A DNA stretch of 64,000 bases from an uncultured virus (IMG/VR IMGVR_UViG_3300038393_001252) (Duplodnaviria; Heunggongvirae; Uroviricota; Caudoviricetes). The stretch is from the IMG/VR virus record IMGVR_UViG_3300038393_001252; one strand, 5' to 3'. The first letter of the stretch is position 1, and each line of letters starts with the position of its first letter. Made by a program: the position numbers and the translations under genes. The notes beneath the pieces were generated by a model, which saw only the letters and a program-made list of their open reading frames with translations, made no database searches and was not told the origin of the DNA. Below are positions 56,647 through 64,000 of the stretch, one piece after another.

Positions 56647-59600
56647 ATGGCTACGGAAACAATCGACATTGTAGTCCGCTCGGATACACGTCGAGTTGTC
56701 CGTGACCTCAACAGCATTGGTGATGCGGCGGACCGCGCTAACCGGCAGATCCAGGCGCTGCAGGCTGGACTGAACCGGGTAAGCACCGCGAACTTCACAC
56801 GTCAGGTCAACGCTGCCCAGTCCGCAGTCACAGGACTTGGCGCAGGGCACCAGCTCACGCAGCTCCAGCAGGCGATCCAACAGACCGTCACCCAGCTCCA
56901 AGCCCTCAACCAGCAACTGGGCAATACCGCCCAAGCCTCCCAGCGCATGTCCAACACGTTTGGCGGTAGCGTGCGGGCGCTGATGGGACCGCTGCAGGCT
57001 GTGATTGGATACCTGAGCGTCAAGCAAGTGCTCGAGTGGGCAGATGCGTGGATTGCGGCAGCGGGTAAGATTAAGGTCTTTACCTCCAGTCAAGCAGAAG
57101 CGAATGCTGTGCTTTCAGAGGTGTTCAAGATTGCGCAGACCACACGGCAGCCGCTGGATGAAGTGGCGCAGCTCTACAACCTGCTCACCATCCAGGCCAA
57201 GGAGCTTGGTAAGAGCCAGGCGGACATGCTCCGGTTCACAGAGCTCGTGGGTAAGGTGCTCGCTATCCAGGGCACCAGTGCACAGCAGGCGCGCGGGGCG
57301 CTGCTCCAGTTGGCACAGGCGCTGGGCACGGGTACGGTTCGCGCACAGGAATTCAACTCCCTGATGCAGAACGCGCCGTTCCTGCTGAAGGTGGCTGCGG
57401 ACAACATGAAGGGCGTCAACGGTAGCGTGGCTACGTTGCGCGCCATGATGAAGGACGGGAAGCTAAAGAGCCAAGAGTTCTTCGACGCTATTATGAAGGG
57501 CGCTGGGGAAATTGACACAGCGTTTGCCAAGACGAACGCGACGTTCGCCCAGTCCTTCACGGTCATCACCAACGCCATTACAAAGTACATTGGACAGCTG
57601 AATGAGGCCACTGGCGCCTCGAATAAGTTCTTTGAACTGGCGAACTACATTGCTGCCAACATGGACGGGATTGCTAAGGCGATCCTCGTTATCGGCGCCG
57701 CGGCTGCGGTAGCGTTTGCCCCTGCATTGCTGGTTGCGTTTGGGGGCGCGCTAGGGGTGGTTGCTGCTGGGCTAGGTACCATTACTGCTGTGCTACTTGC
57801 GAACCCGTTTGTGTTGCTTGCGGCGGGTGCAGCGTATGCAGCGCTATTTGGCGACAAGGTCCTTATTGGCGCGGACAACATGACCACGCTGGCGGACGTC
57901 ATTAACGTGGTTAAGCCAAAGGCGGAAGCGCTGTGGACAACCTCCGTTGCCAAGGTGCAGGAGTTTGGCTCCGAGCTTCTGAAGATTGACGACAAGCTGG
58001 GCGGAGTCGGTTCCACGATCGACGACGAGCTTTCCAAGTGGCAGAAAAAGTTTGCGGGGTTCACGGATGGGTTACAGTTTAACTTTGTTGGTGTGGTCAC
58101 AGGCTTGGCGCGCGTATTTGACACCATTGGAGGTGTCATTAGAGGCGTGGCGTTCGCTATCGCCAACGGTCTGGGTTCCCTTCCCACTGTAGTAGACCAA
58201 GTCGGCGTTGACATGCGGAACGCGTTGCGCGACCGCATGGAAGAACTGGTGAACGCGGTCGTGTCCGGCATCAACAAGCTGCGGGCGCTGATTGGAAAGG
58301 ACCCGCTGGGGTTTGTCCAGCTCGCACGCGAACAGGGGAATGCGAACGCGTATAAGGACTATGGCGCGCAGGTTGCGAGCGCGTTCGAAGAAGGGTTTAA
58401 GAGCCAGGGCAAGGCGCTGGAAGGTGTGGTTAACGGCATCATTGCTGACGCGCAGAAATCTGCGCAGGAACGCATCTTCCGTCAAATGCGTGCGGACGAA
58501 AAGACTGTTCCGAACCTGAACCTGCATGGCGCACCCACTCCCGGTATCGTTGACCCGAAGGCGGCAAAGAAAGCGGCTGCGGAGGCGCTTAAGATTGCGC
58601 GGCAACAGGTCGAGGATGCTAAGAGTCAGATCCAAGAGTTGCTGGACAAGTACAGGCAGGGGTTTGCGGAACAGACGGAACTGGAGCGCCATAAGCAAGT
58701 CATGCTCAAGGCACAGTATGACCAAGGGTTGCTGAATTACAGGGACTACAACCAGCAGCTTGAGGAGATGCAGAGCAATGAGTTCACGCGTCTGCAAAGC
58801 GCGTTGCTGGGTGCACAGACGGACATTACCACAAAGCTCGCAGAGCTGAAGGTGAAGCTGAAGCGAGCTGGCGCAAGCGACCAAGAGGTTGCGAACGTAA
58901 CGCAGGACCTGACTACGAAGCTGGCACAGTTGAACGCGCAGCTTGAGAAGGTGCAGAATGCGCGGAGCGAGAAGCTGGCGGCGGGCTTGACGGAGGCGTT
59001 GAAACCGGCTGTGGAGCTGGTGCGGAATGAAGAGAAGACGCTTGCGATACTCGACAACAACTACGACCAGCGCGTGCGGCAAATGCAGGCGCAGGCGAAC
59101 ATTAACCAGCTGAGCGAGCGTGAGCAGTTCATCCTCACCAATACGAACCAGTTGCTGAACAGTTATGAAGATAAGCTGAAGCAAGTGGAAGCGGTGCGGG
59201 ACCGCATGCTGGAACAGGGGGTGTTTGATGACCTCACGAATCCTGCAACGCTTAACGCGTTCGTCCAACTCAATAAGCTCATTGACGAGCTCCGACAGCG
59301 GATTGAGCAGATCAAGGGTGAAGCTCCAAACCTTTTGGGACAGGTCTTCGACGCCAAGAAAACGCAGGAGCTTGCCAACGAACTGGAAAAGTCGCTTCGC
59401 GAAGGAATCCTTAATGCGGGCAAGGATGGCTCTAAGGGCCTCCGTGGTTTTATTGAAGCGGAGCTGATTAAGAAGCCCTTCCGCATTGCTGTGGAGGCGG
59501 CGCTGAAGCCTGTGACGCAGAGCTTGGCGAACGGGATGGCGAGTGCGCTGCAACCTGTGATTGGCGGGTTGACTGGGATTATGCAGAACATTCTGCAGGG

Positions 59601-61827
59601 TAGCGGCAGCCCTGCGCAAGGGGCTGGCGGGAACTTTGGTAGCAGACCGGCTGGAGGCGGGTTGATTGGAAACGCGCTGAACATTGCTGGTGTGGCTGGA
59701 AGCATGTTTGGTGCAGGCGGGTTGACTGGAGCGCTGACGGCTGGTGCTGGTTGGATGACAGGAGCGACGACGTTTGGTGGCGCAATGACCGCCGCCGGTT
59801 CGCTCATTGGTACAGGTACCGCAGCGGGCGCCATGAGCGGTATCGCAATGGGCCTCGGCGCTGTTGCACCTTGGCTCCTTGCCGCTTACGCCATCTACAG
59901 CATCTTTGCCAAGGACGGTGGCGGCCCCAAGCAAGACGGTGTGTTTGGCATGATTGGTAGCGGCATCGGGCAGGGGCAGCGCACGCTGGACCCGCAGATG
60001 CAGAGCGCGGTGAGCGGGTTGCAGCGCAGCTTTAACCAGATTGCGAGTTCGTTGGGCGGCAGCGGCGTTGGTATCCGGTTCGGCATGGGCGTTAGCAGCG
60101 ACCCGAAGGGCGACAGCCCCACGTTCCTGAACACGAGCGTGAGCCGCAACGGGGTCATTATCAACGACCAGCTTGACAAGAACGTGGGCAGGAGCCAAGA
60201 GGCGCTGCAGGCTGCAATTGCTGAGCAGACCACGAACGCGATTGTTGCGGCGCTTAAAGAGAGTGGCATCAAGCAAGAGTACCTGGACTACTTCGAAAGC
60301 ATCCGCAGCACGATTGACAGTGAGTCACAGATTGCAGAGCTGGAGAACCTGGCGAAGTTGGAGAACTTGACGCGCAGCATGAAGGACATGGGCGCTGCGT
60401 TTGTGAACTTTACGCAAGCGACCGTGGCTGCGAGGGATAGGATTGCGCAGCTGAGCGGAGGTATTGACCAGCTGGCGCAGAACACGGCCACTTACATCCA
60501 GAACTTCTTTAGCGAGAGCGAGCAGCGCGCCCAACAGATCCAGCAGATTACGCGGGTGCTGCAACAAAGCGGGCTGGGCGTTACGGCTGAAATGATTGGC
60601 AGCATGAGCCGCGAGAACTTCCGGCAGATTGTGGAAGGGCTGGACCTGACCACAGAGGCGGGGCAGAACGTGTACGCGGCGATGCTGGGCGTGAGCGGGG
60701 CGTTTGCGCAGCTGACGGACAATAGCAAGGCGGTGCAGGACGCGGCGGAGAAGCAGGCGCAGCGCGAGCAAGATATTGCGAACGCGAAAGCGAAGGTGCA
60801 GGACGCGTACGACAGGGAAAAGACGGCGCTGGAGAATACGAAGGAGAAGCTGCAGAGCACCATCAGCAGCCTCCAGGACTTCCAGCGTTCGCTGGGCACC
60901 AGCTCCCTCTCCCCGCTTACCCCTGGACAGCAGTACGCGAACTCCAAGTCGCAGCTCCTGGATGCGATTGCGAACAACGGCGGTAAGATCCCCGACGGGT
61001 TCCAGGACCTTGCGAAGACGTTCCTGGACGCCTCCCATCAGATGTTTGCAAGCGGTGACCAGTACGCTTCTGACTTCAAGATGATCCAGGACCTGACGGC
61101 CCAGGGCATCCGTGAAGCGCAGGACCAGCTGAGTGCGGCACAGCAACAGATCCAGCGTTTGGACCTGATGGTGGCGGGCATCCTTAGCACCCAGCAAGCA
61201 ACGCTGACGGTGGCGGAGGCGATTAACCAGCTGAACCAATTGACGGCACAGGGCACCGCTGCTGTGGTCAGCGCCATCAACTCCGGTAGCAACTTTAACC
61301 CAACGGTGAACGCGAACAAGTTCGGCACTCACCCTGAGCTCGCTACCTACAACGGTATCCCCGCCTCTAGCACGGACAACTTCAACGTCAACATCCCGCC
61401 GCAGCTCTACGCGCAGTTTGGCGGGAACAGCAACCCTCTTGCCGCTGTGCAGGCGGTGGCGTACATGCTGCAACACCCCAACGAGTTCCCGGCGCACGCC
61501 GGCGGCATCAGCAACATCCCGTATAACGGGTACCTGATGACGGCGCACAGGGGTGAAGCGGTGCTGAACGCGACGGATGCGGCTATTTGGAGAAGTGGGC
61601 AGGCGGGCGGCGGAATTGATATGAGCGGTCTGATTGATTGCATTAACCGCCTGGAAGATGAAGTGGCTGAGCTGCGGAAGCAACAAGCTGACGCGACACG
61701 AGTGCAAATCGCAGCGCAGCAACAAGCGTTGCAGCATAATGCACAGGCCGTTGTTGAAGGCCTTGGTGGTACCATCTCCAAAGACAACTGGCGTCAAGAT
61801 CAACGCGCCAAGACCACCCTCGAATGA
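56647..61827 (+). CDS. tape measure protein
   Basis: 1726 aa, helical; LLQLAQALGTGTVRAQEFNSL; C-terminal AHRGEAVL. Confidence 0.92.
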   Translation: MATETIDIVVRSDTRRVVRDLNSIGDAADRANRQIQALQAGLNRVSTANFTRQVNAAQSAVTGLGAGHQLTQLQQAIQQTVTQLQALNQQLGNTAQASQRMSNTFGGSVRALMGPLQAVIGYLSVKQVLEWADAWIAAAGKIKVFTSSQAEANAVLSEVFKIAQTTRQPLDEVAQLYNLLTIQAKELGKSQADMLRFTELVGKVLAIQGTSAQQARGALLQLAQALGTGTVRAQEFNSLMQNAPFLLKVAADNMKGVNGSVATLRAMMKDGKLKSQEFFDAIMKGAGEIDTAFAKTNATFAQSFTVITNAITKYIGQLNEATGASNKFFELANYIAANMDGIAKAILVIGAAAAVAFAPALLVAFGGALGVVAAGLGTITAVLLANPFVLLAAGAAYAALFGDKVLIGADNMTTLADVINVVKPKAEALWTTSVAKVQEFGSELLKIDDKLGGVGSTIDDELSKWQKKFAGFTDGLQFNFVGVVTGLARVFDTIGGVIRGVAFAIANGLGSLPTVVDQVGVDMRNALRDRMEELVNAVVSGINKLRALIGKDPLGFVQLAREQGNANAYKDYGAQVASAFEEGFKSQGKALEGVVNGIIADAQKSAQERIFRQMRADEKTVPNLNLHGAPTPGIVDPKAAKKAAAEALKIARQQVEDAKSQIQELLDKYRQGFAEQTELERHKQVMLKAQYDQGLLNYRDYNQQLEEMQSNEFTRLQSALLGAQTDITTKLAELKVKLKRAGASDQEVANVTQDLTTKLAQLNAQLEKVQNARSEKLAAGLTEALKPAVELVRNEEKTLAILDNNYDQRVRQMQAQANINQLSEREQFILTNTNQLLNSYEDKLKQVEAVRDRMLEQGVFDDLTNPATLNAFVQLNKLIDELRQRIEQIKGEAPNLLGQVFDAKKTQELANELEKSLREGILNAGKDGSKGLRGFIEAELIKKPFRIAVEAALKPVTQSLANGMASALQPVIGGLTGIMQNILQGSGSPAQGAGGNFGSRPAGGGLIGNALNIAGVAGSMFGAGGLTGALTAGAGWMTGATTFGGAMTAAGSLIGTGTAAGAMSGIAMGLGAVAPWLLAAYAIYSIFAKDGGGPKQDGVFGMIGSGIGQGQRTLDPQMQSAVSGLQRSFNQIASSLGGSGVGIRFGMGVSSDPKGDSPTFLNTSVSRNGVIINDQLDKNVGRSQEALQAAIAEQTTNAIVAALKESGIKQEYLDYFESIRSTIDSESQIAELENLAKLENLTRSMKDMGAAFVNFTQATVAARDRIAQLSGGIDQLAQNTATYIQNFFSESEQRAQQIQQITRVLQQSGLGVTAEMIGSMSRENFRQIVEGLDLTTEAGQNVYAAMLGVSGAFAQLTDNSKAVQDAAEKQAQREQDIANAKAKVQDAYDREKTALENTKEKLQSTISSLQDFQRSLGTSSLSPLTPGQQYANSKSQLLDAIANNGGKIPDGFQDLAKTFLDASHQMFASGDQYASDFKMIQDLTAQGIREAQDQLSAAQQQIQRLDLMVAGILSTQQATLTVAEAINQLNQLTAQGTAAVVSAINSGSNFNPTVNANKFGTHPELATYNGIPASSTDNFNVNIPPQLYAQFGGNSNPLAAVQAVAYMLQHPNEFPAHAGGISNIPYNGYLMTAHRGEAVLNATDAAIWRSGQAGGGIDMSGLIDCINRLEDEVAELRKQQADATRVQIAAQQQALQHNAQAVVEGLGGTISKDNWRQDQRAKTTLE

Positions 61828-64000
61828 CCGACCAACAGTTCATTGACTGGCTAGCAGACCCGCTAGCTATTCGCTGCGTTCTTGTTGAAGCCGTCGTTAA
61901 TTCCGGTGGCATTGAGCAAACCCGCTACCTCTCTAACCTGGGCTATGTGTGCTCCAATCCGCAGAACCCGACGGTGCTGCTGGACTACGAAGCGCTCATT
62001 GTTGGCGGTTGTGAAATTGAAGAGACGTTGAACCTGGATGGTGGCTTCAGCTTCACCATCGGGGACGTGGAGATTAACAACACTGGCGGAGAGCGGGACA
62101 GCTGGCTGAGCGACATTTGGCGCAACAGGAGCTTGCTGATGTACGTGGGGGACGTGCGGTGGCCCCGCACGGACTTCAGGCTGGTGTTCCGCGGCATCAT
62201 TGCAGACATTGGCAGCAGAAGCCGGAACGTGCTGAACCTTACGATGCGGGATAACCTGCAGAGGTTGAACACGGCGATTACGGAAGCGAAGCTGGGCGGA
62301 GATGGGAACCTGGCGGATAAGCTGCTGCCGTTGTGCTTTGGAGAGGTGCACAATATTGAGCCGGTACTGGTTGACAAGGCGCTGCTCAAGTATCAAGTCC
62401 ACCAAGGCACGATCGAATCCATTATTGAGGTCCGTGACAACGGAATCCCCGTCACAGCACAGTCAACCCTTACGGACGGGAAGTTTACGCTGGCCAAGGC
62501 GCCCTATGGACAGCTGACGTGCAGTGTGCAGGGGGATGCGACTGGTGGGTACACGAACCAAGTCGCGCCTCTTATCCAACGTATCATTACCAGTTACGGG
62601 CCATACGACACCCGCTTTGCGCCCACGGAAGTTGACACCACCAGCTTCAACACCTTCACATTCGTTAACCCACAGGCGGTTGGCGTTTACATTACGGACC
62701 GTGCCAACATCCTTGAAGTGTGCAACGCGCTAGCGTCGAGCATCGGTGCGCAGTTAACCTGCACACCTACGGGGTTGGCAAGGCTGATTAAGATTGAGCT
62801 TCCGGTGAGCGGTAAGTCACCTACGTTGGTGAACGGAAGTAACATTAAAGAAAAGACGTTGCAGTTGGTGGAACGAGTCCCTGTAAAGGGTTCGGTGAAG
62901 CTGGGGTACTGCAAGAACTGGACGGTGCAAGACGGCATGCAGAGCGGTGTGGTCACAGACCATAAGGCTATGTATGCGGAGGAGTGGTTGACCACGACGC
63001 TGCAGAACAGTGCGGTGTTGAACGCGTATAAGATTACGGGGGAACCGGAACAGGAAGACACGCTGTTGCTGACGAAGGCGCATGCGGATGCGGAAACGAG
63101 CAGGCGGTTAACGCTGTGGAAGACCCCGCGGGCGGTTTACCAATATGAAGGCTTCCCTGAGCTCATGTTGGAGGAGCTTGGCGGTGCGCAGTCCATTTCG
63201 AATGGACGGTTTGGCTTTGGGCTGCCCACGGACGCACAGATCATTGGCGTGAAGCGGAACTGGCTGACCTGTACGCCCACGTTCCAGATCCTGACCACAG
63301 TAGCGATCAATGTGGCGCAGGCACCAAACGCACCTCCCGCCCCGCTCCCGCCTCCTGCACCTCAGGTCCCTGTTCCCCCGCCTCCGTCCCCAATCCCGGC
63401 ACCTCCACCACCTGCGCCTATTCCCGCACCTCCCCCACCTGTCACCGCAGACGGGTGGCCTACGAAGGTGCTGGCGGCGTACTATGTGGGCTGGGACCAG
63501 ACGGTTAACATCCGGAATATTACGCAGGACTTTAACGTCCTGTACCTGTTCAACGCTCACTTTGACGCTGGCAACGGTGCTGCCAACTGGCCCTGGCCTG
63601 GGTTCCCCGCGAACAGTGATATCCAGGCTTGCAGGCAGCGTGGCCAAAAGGTCATCCTCTCCGTTGGCGGTTCCGGGTTTGCATTCCCGTTCCAGAACCG
63701 GACGCAGAGCCAGAACTTCGTTAACTCTATCGTAACCATCTGCAGCACCTTTGGCGGTCTTGACGGCGTAGACTTCAACAACTACGAAGGCCAGACCACG
63801 ATGGTGATCAGTGAGCTGGTCTGGATCTGCGGTGAGCTGCGGCGGTTGTTGGGTGCTGGGTTCGGGTTCACCTCCCCGCCTGGCGGTAACAACACGGGTG
63901 GCGGTAACGTGAACGGGATTAGCGGCAGCACAGGATATGACCTGAACCTGGCAGCGGCGCTGAATGATGCTGGGTTGCTAACGTATGTGGCGCCGCAGTA
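61824..64000 (+). CDS. 3'-truncated tail-tip hub protein fused through a Pro-rich linker to a GH18 (chitinase-like) domain; not in ORF track
   Basis: ATGA overlap with the tape measure stop; no stop to the window end; LPLCFGEVHNIEP, Pro linker ~63320-63440, KVILSVGG, LDGVDFNNYE. Confidence 0.85.
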   Translation, partial: MTDQQFIDWLADPLAIRCVLVEAVVNSGGIEQTRYLSNLGYVCSNPQNPTVLLDYEALIVGGCEIEETLNLDGGFSFTIGDVEINNTGGERDSWLSDIWRNRSLLMYVGDVRWPRTDFRLVFRGIIADIGSRSRNVLNLTMRDNLQRLNTAITEAKLGGDGNLADKLLPLCFGEVHNIEPVLVDKALLKYQVHQGTIESIIEVRDNGIPVTAQSTLTDGKFTLAKAPYGQLTCSVQGDATGGYTNQVAPLIQRIITSYGPYDTRFAPTEVDTTSFNTFTFVNPQAVGVYITDRANILEVCNALASSIGAQLTCTPTGLARLIKIELPVSGKSPTLVNGSNIKEKTLQLVERVPVKGSVKLGYCKNWTVQDGMQSGVVTDHKAMYAEEWLTTTLQNSAVLNAYKITGEPEQEDTLLLTKAHADAETSRRLTLWKTPRAVYQYEGFPELMLEELGGAQSISNGRFGFGLPTDAQIIGVKRNWLTCTPTFQILTTVAINVAQAPNAPPAPLPPPAPQVPVPPPPSPIPAPPPPAPIPAPPPPVTADGWPTKVLAAYYVGWDQTVNIRNITQDFNVLYLFNAHFDAGNGAANWPWPGFPANSDIQACRQRGQKVILSVGGSGFAFPFQNRTQSQNFVNSIVTICSTFGGLDGVDFNNYEGQTTMVISELVWICGELRRLLGAGFGFTSPPGGNNTGGGNVNGISGSTGYDLNLAAALNDAGLLTYVAPQ

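Noticed and set aside
58072..60276. Long antisense ORFs (also 43198..44748, 48855..50525, 51297..53036, 53692..55293, 60325..61803, 23757..25178)
   Set aside because: Shadow frames opposite well-supported genes in GC-rich DNA, with no motifs

Overview
Near-complete genome of a tailed dsDNA bacteriophage with a long non-contractile tail; no integrase is seen. A betaproteobacterial host is inferred from a DUF3567 homologue and an H-NS-like fragment. The minus-strand arm (~3.2-35 kb) carries a family-B DNA polymerase, a beta-clamp, a 7-deazaguanine DNA-modification cluster (dpdA, folE, queD, a small QueF-like protein, a YdjM-type membrane hydrolase, queC, queE), SF2 helicase, Cas4-like nuclease, SSB, Sak4, ligase, MazG, primase-helicase and an array of short early genes separated by hairpin spacers. 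The plus-strand arm (36-64 kb plus 1-3.1 kb) carries a resolvase, lysis cassette, terminase, portal, capsid, head-region fibre/depolymerase genes, tail genes and glycoside-hydrolase-bearing tail-tip ORFs (GH18 at the right edge, GH5 at the left edge). The most striking unexplained element is a ~1 kb, extensively base-paired plus-strand segment (~37250-38270) with no credible ORF and its own promoter and terminator: a candidate large structured non-coding RNA. All family calls are by motif recognition; no searches were run.
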